Positions 1 through 12,995 of a stretch of DNA of 64,000 nucleotides are shown here, piece after piece; the stretch's first letter is position 1; each line of letters starts with the position of its first letter. Location: NCBI GenBank assembly GCA_951406725.2, contig OX597816.1, positions 25,482,001-25,546,000 of the forward strand. Direction: 5' to 3'. The position numbers and the translations under genes were made by a program. The notes under the pieces were generated by a model. The model did not search any database. It saw only the letters and a program-made list of their open reading frames with translations, and had not been told where the DNA came from. This DNA is from Octopus vulgaris (lineage: Eukaryota).

Positions 1-487
1 TTTTTCTCTGTAAGTTTGGATTTATTCCCTAATATGTTATTATATATATATATATGGTATACTTAATATACAAATACATAACGGGCTTCCTTCAGTTTGC
101 GTCTACCAGATCCAGTAACAAGGTTTTGATCGGCCCAGGGATATAGTAGAAGACACTTGCGCAAGGTGCCACGCAGTGGGATTGAACCACGCAGTCACTC
201 CTGCGATTGTGTCAAGGCTTAATATGCAATAAGGAGTATCCGAATTGTAAAAACAAAAATGTATAAGATAGGCGCAGGAGTTGCTGTGTAATAAGAAGTT
301 TTCTTCCCAACCATACGGTTCCGGGTTGAGCCCCACTGCGTGGCACATTGGGAAAGTATCTTCTATTATAGCCTCGGACCAGGCAAAGCCTTCTGAGCGG
401 ATTTTGGTAGACGGAAACTGAAAGAAGCCCGTCGAATTTACCCCCCACCACATATATATCTGTATATATATGTATATATATATATCT

Positions 488-520
<33 letters not shown>

Positions 521-521
<1 letters not shown>

Positions 522-1021
522 TAGCAGCATAGCCCGGCGTTGCCCGGGTATGTAAGAGCCCCTAGTAGGCAACGACTAATCCCAATCTAGTCCTTTCCTG
601 CCAATTTGTGAAAGATATTGTCGAAAATATGTCATCTTGAATTTGAACGCGATTTTCCAAAATGGCATGATTTTATCGATTTTTTCTGATGGTAAGGTAT
701 ATCATGGAAAACTAACATCAGAATTAAGTTTCTTAGGGTAACATTAAGCTTCACCATGAGTTTGGTGAAAATCGAGTGCAAGTTGCGAAAACTACAACAG
801 AAAATGTGTTGCATATAAAAAGCTTAGATTCTCGATCCCATGTCGAATTTATCGATTTTTTTTCAGAACTGGGGAAACTTTTCAAAATTTTCGCTGCGTT
901 AGTTTTGAATTATGACATAGGGCTATGTGTGTGTCAAGTTTCATCAGAATCGGTTGAAAGCTGTGGTCAGGGTGAGGGTACAACCTGACAGACACACAGA
1001 CACACAGACAGACAAACTGCC

Positions 1022-1030
<9 letters not shown>
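521..1030 (-). mobile_element. Non-autonomous Helitron-like element
   Basis: 3' CTAG at 521-524 preceded by the hairpin cccggcgttgcccggg; (CTGT)n-type tract near the other end; flanked by (TA)n. Confidence 0.6.
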
Positions 1031-1081
<51 letters not shown>

Positions 1082-1706
1082 GTATATATATATATATGTG
1101 TGTGTGTGTGTATACATTTGTGTGACTATGTTTGTCCCCCCACCAGCGCTCGACAACCGATGCCGGTGTGTTTACGTCCTCGTAACATTAGCGGTTCGGT
1201 TAAAGAAACCCGATAGAATAAGTACTAGGCTTGCAAAGAATAAGTCCTGGGGTCGATTTGTTCGACTAAGGGTGGTGCTCCAGCATGGCCACAGTCAAAT
1301 GACAAACAAATTACAACGAATAAAAGAATACTGAATGAAGATGGGCAGAAATACATAACGGACTGTGACAAAAGGTGGACATAGGAGCGGAAGGTGTATA
1401 TATTATGTATACCATTCGATAGGGATAGTATTTATAAACACAAAACTAAGTACATCGTTCAGGCGTACTATGTACACTCAATACACATATTCTTTTTTAC
1501 TCTAGGCACAAGGCCAGCAATTTTGGCAAAGTGGGTAAGTCGATTACATCGACACCATTGTTCAACTGGTACTTATTTTATCGACTCTGAAAAGGGATGA
1601 AAGGCAAAGTCGACCTCGGCGAAATTCGAACTCAGAAGTTAAAGATGGACAAAATGCTTCTAGACATTTTGCCCAGCGTGCTTAACGATTCGGCCAGCTT
1701 ACCATA

Positions 1707-2126
1707 CTCTTTTACTCTTTTACTCTTTTACTTGTTTCAGTCATTTGACTGCGGCCATGCTGGGGCACCGCCTTTAGTCGAGCAAATCGACCCCGGGACT
1801 TATTCTTTGTAAGCCCAGTACTTATTCTATCAGTCTCTTTTGCCGAACCGCTAAGTGACGGGGACGTAAACACACCAGCATCGGCTGTCAAGCAATGCTA
1901 GGGGGACAAACACAGACACACAAACACACACACATACATACATATATATATATACATATATACGACAGGCTTCTTTCAGTTTCCGTCTACCAAATCCACT
2001 CACAAGGCATTGGTTGGCCCGGGGCTATAGCAGAAGACACTTGCCCAAGATTCCACGCAGTGGGACTGAACCCGGAACCATGTGGTTGGTTAGCAAGCTA
2101 CTTACCACACAGCCACTCCTGCGCCT
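1707..2126 (-). mobile_element. tRNA-derived SINE family A (other copies about 8723-9100, 12792-13210, 15592-15962, 18930-19290, 29664-29975, 35040-35490, 35610-35927, 60090-60472)
   Basis: Head ggagtggctgtgtggtaag...gggttcagtccc (A/B-box-like), internal (TA)/(TG) tract, tail gtaaaagagtaaaag; many dispersed copies on both strands. Confidence 0.85.
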
Positions 2127-2170
2127 CTTCAATTTTTTTTTTTCTGTTGAATATATTAAATATTACTTAC

Positions 2171-2209
2171 ATGAACCTGCAGGGGCTCCCAGAAATACAG
2201 CACCGATAA
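2171..2209 (-). CDS. Gene 2 second micro-exon (-VIGAVFLGAPAGS-); gene continues past the left window edge
   Basis: ctctctttcag|TT...T|gtaagt, 39 nt, phase 1-1; completes the hydrophobic core and small-residue cleavage region. Confidence 0.72.
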
Positions 2210-2342
2210 CTGAAAGAGAGAATTATAAAAAAATAAAATAATAATAATAACGTGAAGTGAGAGAAACAAGAATTTATGTGGAATATCTACTATAAACACC
2301 ATCCATGAAAATGTGCATCTTCTATTTTCGACCCGATTCCCT

Positions 2343-2772
2343 CTTGTTGTTGTTGTTGTTGCTCTTCTTCTTCTTCTTCTTCTTCTTCTTCTTCTTCTTC
2401 TTCTTCTTCTTCTACCTCCTCCTCCTTCCCTCTTCCGCCTCCTCGTCTTTATCATCATCATCGTCGGTATCAGCTTCTTCTTCTTCTTCTTCTTCTTCCC
2501 ACTCGCCCTCTTCCTTCTCCTTGTCTTTGTCCTCATCATCGTCAGAATCAGCATCTTGTTGGTCTTCTTTCTTCTTCTTCTTTTTCTTCCTCTTCTTCTT
2601 CTTTTTCTTCTTCTTTTTCTTCTTCTTCTTCTTCTTCTTCTTCTTCCTCCTCTTCTTCTTCTTCATCTTTTTCTTCTTCTTCTTCTTCTTCTTCTTCTTC
2701 TTCTTCTTCTTCTTCTTCTTCTTCTTCTTCTTCTTCTTCTTCTTCAGCCGCTGCTGCTGCTGCTGCTACTGC
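2343..2772. repeat. Compound trinucleotide microsatellite (GTT)n/(CTT)n/(CAT)n/(GCT)n
   Basis: Direct inspection. Confidence 0.95.
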
Positions 2773-3099
2773 CGATGGATCAGCAGCATTGATAGGAGCG
2801 TTCTTCAAAATACCTTGCAGTATTTGTTCTGCCTCTTTACGTTTTGAATTTAAGTCCCAACGGGGTCACCATGTTTCATATCCTCCCCCACCCCAGCATC
2901 GATAAAATAATATACTAGTTTAATACTCGCATAACGCCACTGACTGTAGGGGCTTTTCTTTTATGATTTGTCAGCATTTGACGTTTTTAATCATACGCAC
3001 GTAGACGTTATTTTAGGCATGTATGTTTCCTTTTGACCAATAAATAGAATTATTGCTAATAGGACTGATCTTAGAGTCACTACTGCTGAAACTGGTATC

Positions 3100-3800
3100 G
3101 CTGAGGGGCGAGAGGTGTTTCAGGCGAAGTAGGAAGTGGGAGAACCATGTTGGCATACGCTGACGATGTCACCGTCACTATGTCGAACACATGGCACATG
3201 GAGCTGATCAGCAACGCTATAAAGGAATACAAAGTTGTGACTGGAGCAAATATAAATTCAGAGACGTCTGTGGTACTTTCATGCCAGGACCCATGGATAA
3301 TCTCCAGAAATCCCTGGTCTGGCAGTGCCGTCAGTCCGGCCTTCTCGAGATGCGTGCACAGTGACGAAACTGTTCAGTACGTACTTGTCCTCTGCCCGAG
3401 CATAACTGCATATGGGTTTATATAGAACAGCTGCTGCCGCGTGTAGGATGGCTTCGACTATCGGCTGTGTCCCATATGAAGATCGTTCAGTCGCCTTCCT
3501 ATAGCCAAAAAGATCGGGCAGCGTTGATCTGTCTGGTGGCCTTAGCGAAAGTGGTTGTGTGGTGGACCACTTTAAAAGGGCTGAAGATACCTTCCTATTT
3601 CGCCAAGCCCTCATCAACATTTTAGAATTTCACTTGGAAAGGAAAGTGAGAATGGAGAGAGTGAAGAGGGAAGTGCTGCCTATCATCAAATTTGTTGAAG
3701 GTTGGGTGGGCGTGGCAAGGATGGCCTGAGTAAACGGATCTGCTCTAAGCATGCAATTGTACACTGATAGAAGCAGCTGAAGAGAGCGCATTTGTCCTCG
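3100..3800 (+). mobile_element. Degenerate non-LTR retrotransposon RT fragment
   Basis: LAYADDVTV catalytic motif followed by TGANINSETS (GxxIN motif); disrupted downstream. Confidence 0.7.
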
Positions 3801-3982
3801 TGGTCAAATCAACCGTAGTTTTGTGGAGTTTCTAAGAGCAACCCTCGTACGTCTCGTTATTTTACTGTTTACACGCCTTCATGTAACCCTCATCATACGA
3901 TATTTTACTGTATAGTCCTGTACCATCCTTGCTATTTGCACGAACTATTAGTGGTTAATAAACAAATCAATATTGTTATTAT

Positions 3983-4495
3983 GTGGAGACGCAATAGCCC
4001 AGTGGTTAGGGCAGCGGACTCGTGGTTGTAGGATCGCGGTTTTGATTCTCAGACCGGGCATTGTGAGTGTTTATTGAGCGAAAGCTCCTAAAGCTCCACG
4101 AGGCTTCGGCAGAGGGGGGAGGGTGAACCCCGCTGTACTCTTTCACCACAACTTTCTCTCACTCTTTCTTCCTGTTTCTGTTGTATCTCTATTTCAAAGG
4201 CCCAGCCTTGTCACACTCTGTGTCACGTTGAATCTCCCTGAGAACTACGTTAAGGGTACACGTGTCTGTGGAGTACTCAGCCACTCGCACGTTAATAAAT
4301 GAGCTGCGACGTCACTGCTGCCAAGCTGTATCAGCCTTTGCATTTCCCTTGGATAACATCGGTGGCGTGGAGAGAGGAGGCTGGTATGCGTGGGCGACTG
4401 CTGGTCTTCCACAAACAACTATGCCCAGACTTGTGCCTCGGAGGGCAACTTTCTAGGTGCAATCCCATGGTTATTCATGACCGAAGGGGGTTAAT
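3983..4495 (+). mobile_element. tRNA-derived SINE family C (other copies about 15098-15385, 16250-16530, 19826-20183)
   Basis: Head gcccagtggttagggcagcggactcg...ggtttcgattccc (family consensus) is tRNA-like; dispersed copies. Confidence 0.75.
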
Positions 4496-4712
4496 CTATT
4501 GTTGTTGTTATCATTGTTAAATACAGAGATGAAGATAACTTGTCAGTGAAATTATTTAACCTGATCTAGAAACATTAGAATTCATCTCGAAATTTAATAA
4601 TGTATATATGTACACAGACCAAGTGTTATATTCATAAAGTTACACGAAAAGAATTAAGTAAGTATATAGCAAAGAAAAAGGTTTCTAAAATATACAAATG
4701 TGATCAGCTTAC

Positions 4713-4743
4713 CGGTTAAAGACAGCAAATGCCAATTCTTCAT
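4713..4743 (-). CDS. Gene 2 first coding micro-exon (MKNWHLLSLT-)
   Basis: accATGaag start, G|gtaagc donor, 31 nt, phase 1; splices in frame with 2171-2209 to give a signal peptide. Confidence 0.7.
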
Positions 4744-4767
4744 GGTTACCAAAGGCGAAGCCAAAAG

Positions 4768-4804
4768 ATGAATGCAGTATTGCTTTGTAGCAGGTATATT
4801 TATA
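4768..4804 (-). promoter_or_regulatory. TATA box and initiator-like site of gene 2
   Basis: TATAAATA at 4804-4797, CATTC initiator-like motif about 31 nt downstream, ATG about 30 nt further. Confidence 0.55.
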
Positions 4805-6125
4805 TCATTCCGTTATTTACGAATCCATCTTCGATTTGTTAGCATTGCTTTCTTTTAGATGATAATCTTGACTATATTTGACCAATACTATCGATCTGTT
4901 CATTGTTCTCGATATGCATCTCTCGGTTGATATTCTAAACGTAACATATGTTACCGTTTCTATCCAAAATACAATAATTTCAGTAAAGAATCCTCACTGA
5001 AATTATATCGAGCCACCAGTAGGTCCCCTCTTTTTGTCCGTCCATCCATCCATCCATCCATTCATGCATCCATCTATACATCCATCCATCCATCCATCCA
5101 TCCAAAAAACCTCTAGTCTTTTGACCTTTAGAAAAACGCTTTCTGGGATTTTTAAATGAGGATTTCCAAGGGCCTTCTCACTGTTCGTTTCTCTTAGCTA
5201 CCACCCCCTCTCACTATCCAACTACGTCACGGCGTCACCCTGTTATCTCTCAGTACTAGTAAAGAATCTAAGGCGTATTAACGTCGCGATGCTTAAGATA
5301 AACTGTCTTTTCCTGGATTCTTCATTTTTGACAGCTGAGCGGACTGGAGCAATATGAAATAAACTATCTTGCTCAAGAGCACAACACCTCACCCGATTCA
5401 GGAATCGAAACCACTATCCAGCGATCAAGAATTCAATGCTCTAACCACTGATCAACGCGTCTCTACATGCACAGGCATACATATGTATACTTAAGAATGA
5501 ATGTTATATACACACACATACATATATGTTTATGTTTATGTGTATGTGTATGTGTATGTGCATGTGTATGGGTGTGTTTGTGTGAGAGAGTGTTTGTGCG
5601 TGTGTATGTGTGTAAGGAACCGGAGACTGTTGTAAGTTTACATTCTCAAGATGTCGCACCGGTAGATCGAAGCCGGAAACGCTCGACGCGTCGATTGCGA
5701 AGCGAATTTCTTATACAAAACAATATAATATGGTTAACGATATGCTTTGTAATAATAGCTATATTTATTTGTTCTTTAAATCAAACCACTCATTTCCTCT
5801 TTTTATTATTTACGTAGTAGTATTACTAGATGAATTTTACTATAGTTCATCAAGAGATTGGTTAATCGGGCTCTCAGGTGGATAGCATCTCGAAGCATAT
5901 GTGGTTTCACTATTCTGTAAACAGGTGTCGGAAGTATATAATTTCCATTCTATACTTATAAGTGTTGTGTAGAGATAAGGAATTTTCCTTATATTAGATT
6001 GAAATTAGAGGTATGTTTACTCGCAATATCTAGCGAAAGTCCAGTCGATAAATTGACGTGACTATATGAAGATATGCACTGCCTTCCCCCCCTCTCTCAC
6101 CCACTTTTTCTACTCTACTCTACCT

Positions 6126-6685
6126 TTCTACTCTAGACACAGGCCCGAAATTTTTGGGGAGGGGGCCAGTCGATTACATCGACTCCAGTACGCAACTGAT
6201 ACTTAATTTATCGACCCCAAAAGGATGAAACGCAAAGTCGACTTTGGCGGAATTTGAACTCAGAACGTAAAGACAGACGAAATACCTATTTCTTTACTAC
6301 CCACAAGGAGCTAAACACGGAGGGGACAAACAAACGAATTAAGTCGATTAGATCGACCCCAGTGCGTAACTGGTACTTAATTTATCGACCCCGAAAGGAT
6401 GAAAGGCAAAGTCGACTTTGGCGGAATTTGAACTCAGAACGTAAAGACAGACGAAATACCTATTTCTTTACTACCCACAAGGAGCTAAACACAGAGGGGA
6501 CAAACAAACGAATTAAGTCGATTAGATCGACCCCAGTGCGTAACTGGTACTTAATTTATCGACCCCGAAAGGATGAAAGGCAAAGTCGACTTTGGCGGAA
6601 TTTGAACTCAGAACGTAGCGGCAGACGAAATACTGCTAAGCATTTCGCCCGGCGTGCTTAACGTTTCTGCCAGTTCGCCGCCTTC
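6126..6685 (-). mobile_element. SINE family B with internal tandem duplication (other copies about 20590-20800, 21010-21240, 21688-21920, 23080-23315, 34575-34805, 38604-39020)
   Basis: Head ggcggcgagctggcaga...gagttcaaattcc, body gtcgactttgcctttcatcctttcggggtcgat; a ~180-bp block is repeated in tandem here. Confidence 0.8.
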
Positions 6686-7415
6686 ACGCACGCACATATT
6701 ACACGTTATTTATTTCAGTAACAGGACTGCGGCCATGCTGGAGCACTGCCTTGATGGATTTAATCAAACAATTCACACTCGGTACTTATTTTTTTATATC
6801 TGGCAGTAATTCCGTAGGTTACATTTCCCCGGAACGCAAAGATACGGAATGGAAACAAACCAATGCCGGATGTCAAACGATGATAGGGACAAACACGAAC
6901 GTATGCACATAAATTATAGTAATAACAATTTTATATATGTATATAGTAAAAATAATCCTTTCTACAGGAAGCTCAAATTTGGGGGAAGGTATTAAGTCAA
7001 TTATATCGGCCTCAGTATGTAACTGGTACTAATTTTATCAACCCCCAAAGGATGAAAGGCAAATTCGACCTCGGCGGAATTTGAACTCAGAACGTCTTTA
7101 AGGCAGACAAAATGCCGCTAAGCATTTCGCCCAGTGTGCTAACGATTCTGCCAGCTCGCCGCCATATATATATATAGTAATAATAATAACAACGCTCCTT
7201 GGATGGAATTTATTATTATTATTACTATATTTAGCCTACATTATATCAGTAAAGCTCGATACAACTCCAAATACTGGTTCACCAGTCAGCATCATTAGAC
7301 TGTGGTCGGCACAAAAGAATAGGAGCATTGGTTTTTGCATATTCAAAACGTTTCTCGTAAACAAGTTTCCCAGATATATATATCTGTCTTCCCATCTCTG
7401 GATCTTTCCTTCTAT

Positions 7416-7450
7416 GTTTCCGACGAAGAGCTCCGCTCGAAACGTTAAAC
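7416..7450 (+). ncRNA. Minimal PLE-type hammerhead motif (copy 1 of tandem pair)
   Basis: GUUU-CCGACGA-A-GAGC-UCC-GCUC-GAAAC-GUU^AAAC; loopless palindromic stem III; U4C core variant. Confidence 0.55.
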
Positions 7451-7545
7451 CCTCCTTCTTTCCTTCTTTCCTGAGCGTCCAATAATACTATATTTGTTCC
7501 ACGTCCTCGCGTTGTTGTGTTTTTTGTGCTTTCTTGTTTAGATTA

Positions 7546-7626
<81 letters not shown>

Positions 7627-7693
7627 GACCTCGTGTGTACCGTTTGACGATTTTTTTCCTGTCTTCCCTTCTCTGGATCTTTCCTTCTCCTAT

Positions 7694-7728
7694 GTTTCCG
7701 ACGAAGAGCTCCGTTCGAAACGTTAAAC
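7694..7728 (+). ncRNA. Minimal PLE-type hammerhead motif (copy 2 of tandem pair)
   Basis: Same motif 278 nt downstream (stem II GAGC/GUUC). Confidence 0.55.
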
Positions 7729-7825
7729 CCTCCTTCTTTCCTTCTTTCCTGAGCGTCCAATAATACTATATTTGTTCCACGTCCTCGCGTTGTTGTGTTT
7801 TTTTTGTGCTTTCTTGTTTGGATTA

Positions 7826-7891
<66 letters not shown>

Positions 7892-8215
7892 CTCGGTCTG
7901 TTAACGGCTAGGCGTTCAGACGAGTATATACTGGTATTGATGTAGCCACATTTGAAATTTTATCTAGGTGAATCTATCCGATGAGAACTAATGAAATTTA
8001 CATTAACGTAATTTGGAAAGTTCGAAACCTAGGTCCAAGATTATCCACATCTGGTTTGTACATTTATTTAATGTTCTTCCAATAGGTAAGATGAAATTTT
8101 TTATGTTCGCCGCCCGCGAACATCTTTCCCAGTATATATACACAGTGAAGCTTTACTATATTATCGACTGCTAGTTATTTCCAGTAAATATTGGTGCATT
8201 GTTGTACCACTATCC

Positions 8216-8246
<31 letters not shown>

Positions 8247-8335
8247 GTGTGTGTGGGTGTGGGTGTGTGTATGTTTGTGTATGTATGCATGTATGAATGT
8301 GTGTGTGTATATATGTATGTATATATGTGTATATA

Positions 8336-8408
<73 letters not shown>

Positions 8409-9308
8409 TCATATATATGCGTATGCATCTTTGTGTCCGTTTGTCACCCCTCCACCGCTTTACAAGTAGTGTTGGTGTAACTACGTCTCCGCAATTTAGC
8501 GGTTCGGCCAAGAGTTCGATAGAACAAGTACCAGATTTTAGAAAAATGTAGTGGGGTTTATTATTTCGACTAAAAAAAAAGAAATTCTTCTAGGCTCTGC
8601 CCCAGCATGGCCGCAATCGAACGACTGAGACAAGTAAAAGATAAAATATAAAAGAAGTTTTATGTATATATATATATATATATATACATAAAACTTCTTT
8701 TATGTATATATATATATATATACTCTTTTACTTGTTTCAGTCATTTGACTGCGGCCATGCTGGAGCACCGCCTTTAGTCGAGCAAATCGACCCCGGACTT
8801 ATTCTTTGTAAGCCCAGTACTTATTCTATCAGTCTCTTTTGCCGAACCGCTAAGTGACGGGGACGTAAACACACCAGCATCGGTTGTTAAGCAATGCTAA
8901 GAGGACAAACACAGGCACACAAACATATACACAGACACTTATATATATATATATACATATATACGACGGGCTTCTTTCAGTTTCCGTCTACCAAATCCAC
9001 TCACAAGGCATTGGTCGGCCCGGGGCTATAGCAGTAGACAGTTGCCCAAGATGCCAGGCAGTGGGACTGAACCCGGAACCATGTGGTTGGTTAGCAAGCT
9101 TTATTTAGTTTCAGCTCACAAGCTGTGGCCATGCTGGGGCACCGTCATTTGAAGATATATATATATAAAATTATAATTGAGGCTTTCTAAGAGATACCGC
9201 CACGCTGGAAATAAAAGCCAAAACCTGATTCTAAAACCACATTAAATGTTCATACAGCACCAGGAGAGAAGACAAAAAGACAAAATAAACTAGCAAAAAT
9301 ACTGGATA

Positions 9309-9366
9309 ATTCCAGATCCCGGATTTCTGGCTCTGCATAAGAAATTTTTTGCCTCTTCAGTGGAAT
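9309..9366 (-). ncRNA. Type I hammerhead ribozyme motif
   Basis: AUUCCA-CUGAAGA-GGC..loop..GCC-A-GAAA-UCCGGGA-UC^UGGAAU; 6-bp stem I, canonical core, near-palindromic stem III. Confidence 0.7.
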
Positions 9367-9577
9367 ATACAAGTTTTGCTAGTTTATTTTGTCTTTTTGT
9401 CTTCTCTCCTGGTGCTGTATGAACATTTAATGTGGTTTTAGAGTCTGGTTTTGACTGCTATTCCCTGCGTGGCGGTATCTCTTAGATACCATAAATTTAA
9501 TAATAATTATTACCTTTGAAGGTTTTATTCCCATGCTGGCCACTTGATAAGATCGATGTTTAAATTAACGATCTTAT

Positions 9578-9647
<70 letters not shown>

Positions 9648-11529
9648 TTATTTATTTATTTATATATATATATTTATTTATATATATATTTATATATATA
9701 TTTATTTACACATGTACACACTCTCACAGACACATCTGCCCATTCTCCTAGACACTCACATACATACGTAGCACATGAATACAAACATACATACATACCT
9801 ACGTATGGGCATACACACGTACATACGCACGTACATGTACGCACACACATACATGGGCACATGCACACGAGCGCGTATACATACATACGCACATGCGTAC
9901 GTATGTACATACACACATACATACATACATACATACATACATACATACATACATACATACATACATACATACGCACATACATACATACGCACAATAGTAA
10001 AACAATAGTTCTGTGATATAGAGATAAAAATCTGATAATAGATTTTAGGGTATAGTTTTGGGAGTAAGCGTCATAAATCACTTTCTAGCTTCGGCCGTAG
10101 GAAGTTGAAATTTGATAGCTTTGTGATGAGTGGTCACTCTACATCCATCCATCGCTACAGGTTTATAGCTTTATGTTTTATAGAGTGTATGTGCGTGCAT
10201 ATACACACATATACATATATACATACATACATACATACATATATACATACATACATACATACATACATACATACATGCATACACAGGCGTATGTGCGTAC
10301 ATGCATACGTACATACATACACACATGTATGCATACATACACACATACATACGTACATATATATGACGAACTAACTGTTACTTTCTTAGATGCAGCACGG
10401 ACTTTGTCAGTGAACAGGTCGCGGATTTTAGTGACGAAAATATTTTGACAAATTAAACTTAAATGTTGAAGTGAATCGAACGTTTTTGTGTGTTTCTTAA
10501 ATGGCTTATAAACACCTTCCACGCTGCAATTGTTTTCGTTTCAGCACACGATCTCAGATCAAATTACTTGCTATGCGAGTACATCTCCGTAATATATTTA
10601 TTTATTTATATATATATTTATTTATATATATATATATATATTTACTTTTATATCTTAATTAAATTTATATTTTTTATTTCATTTTCTAAATAGGTTTTGC
10701 CAATTGAAATATTATTTAATATCAATTACCTGTTAATATGTATAAATCTTAATATGTATCTAAACGAAGTACTGTAGTTAACAGAATCGGCAGAGCAAGA
10801 AACCCAATGCTTCCGCTATCGCAGATCACATCATTGCAGTATCAAATTGATAATCGATCCCTGACGTGTAAACAATATAATTGCTACACATGTATGGCGA
10901 ACTAGTAAACTTGTGGGATTGGTTATTTCCTGGTTTATGTACTGAGTGTAAGGGACCAGAGTTCAAATTTCGCTCACGTAAACTTGGTCTTACATCCTTT
11001 CGAGAGTGGGAGTCAGGGCCGGCTCAAGATACCGGCAACTCGGGCAGTCGCTCGGGGTGCTATGTGCCTTTTAGTCTACATTTTCAGTTTTTCTCCTTGT
11101 GAAAGTTTTTAAAAATTATACTTGTTAGGACGCCGAAGTTTAGCTTGCCCGGGGCGCCAGCAACCCTAGGGCTGGCCCTGGGTGGAGTGTTGTTAAAACT
11201 TCTCAAACCAGAACGGTGGATTGGTAGAACTGTTAGGTTACCAAACGAGATGCCTTGTGGTATTTATGGTATATGTTTCAACCTCCTTCGTACTTTGGCA
11301 GCGACACGTGAAATGACAGTGCTAAAAAGCTGTATCGCCCCAAAAGCAATGGGCCTTCTTTTGGACAACTTCTCCTGGACGGGAGAGACACGCATGCATG
11401 GGCAACTGCCTGTGGCCACACCCAATAAATATTTGCATCCCAACCACATAGCTCCGGGTATAATCTCATTGCGTGGCACTTTGGGCAAGCATCGGGCCGT
11501 GATTTAATGGACGGATCTGAAAGAGGCCT

Positions 11530-11580
<51 letters not shown>

Positions 11581-11745
11581 TTATATATATATTATATATA
11601 TATTAGGCGAACATCTTTCGCCATGTGAACGGCTTGAAACATTATTAAGACACTTGGATATTTTCACAACAATGGTATCCTTAATTCACAAATAAAGAAA
11701 TTATATATACATACATACATACATACATAAATACATGTGTGTGTG

Positions 11746-11857
<112 letters not shown>

Positions 11858-12952
11858 GTATGTGAATGGCTTTGTGCTTGGTTCCCATGATTGTTTGACA
11901 ACCGGTGTCAATGTGTTTACGTCCCCGTAAATTAACGGTTCGGCAAGAGACTTTATAAAGTGATAAGAACTGGGGTCAATTCATTCGACTAAAAATTCTT
12001 CAAGGCGGTGCCCCAGCATGGCCGCAGTTGAAATAAACGAATAAAACAAAAGTGATATGTAAGACAAAGATAGTTTAAGACATAAGACATAAATAGTATA
12101 CACAGGGTGCCGGAGGTCCCTATATAACCATTCATAAACTAGGAGCTCATTAATTAGTCTATACACTATAGATGTGTGGCTCCACAAGAAATTAATTATT
12201 CAGCTCAATGAGTCTTACATATCTTTTATCTTTTACTTGTTTAATTTGTTTGTGGCCATGCTGGGGCACCGTCTTGAAGAATTTTTAGTCAAACATATCG
12301 ACCCCAGTACATTTTTTTTTAATCTCTTGCCGAAATTCTAATTTACAGGAATGTAAACATATTAACATCGGTTGTCGAACGGTAGTATATGACGCCATCA
12401 AGTCACGACCCGAAGCTATAATAGAAGACACTTGCCCAAGGTACTACGCAGTGGGAACTTGCCCAAGGTACTACGCAGTGGGAACCCGGAACCATGTAGT
12501 CGGGAAGCAAACTTCTTACCACACAGCCACGCCTACGCGAAACATAATGAAATCATATGTGAATGTTCGACAACTCTTACATCTCGTGATCTGTAATAAA
12601 TCTCATGAAGATGTTTTGCACTCAAAACTTTCAAACCAAATATATGAGTTGAGTAATTCTGTTTAATGCACAATCTATAGTTTTCCCAAACTAAATGAAT
12701 TTCTGCGTTGAGATACATATGTATTGTGTTCCGACAATAACTTCAAATTTCTTACTTCTATACAAATCTACACGTTTGTTAGTGAGGAAACTAGGAGTGG
12801 CTGTGTGGTAAGTAGCTTGCTTACCAACCACATGGTTCCGTGTTCAGTCCCACTGCGTGGCACCTTGTGCAAATGTCTTTTCCTATAGCCTCGGGCCGAC
12901 CAAAGCCTTGTGAGTGGATTTGGTAGATGGAAACTGAAAGAAGCCTGTTGTA

Positions 12953-12995
<43 letters not shown>

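Noticed and set aside
2156-2847. Long poly-L/F/E/K ORFs on both strands
   Set aside because: Translations of a (CTT)n compound microsatellite lying in gene 2's intron; no splice or domain support.
3983-4070. tRNA-like sequences at SINE heads (also about 15098, 16460-16530, 42976)
   Set aside because: They continue into SINE bodies and lack a clean cloverleaf, so they are not called tRNA genes.
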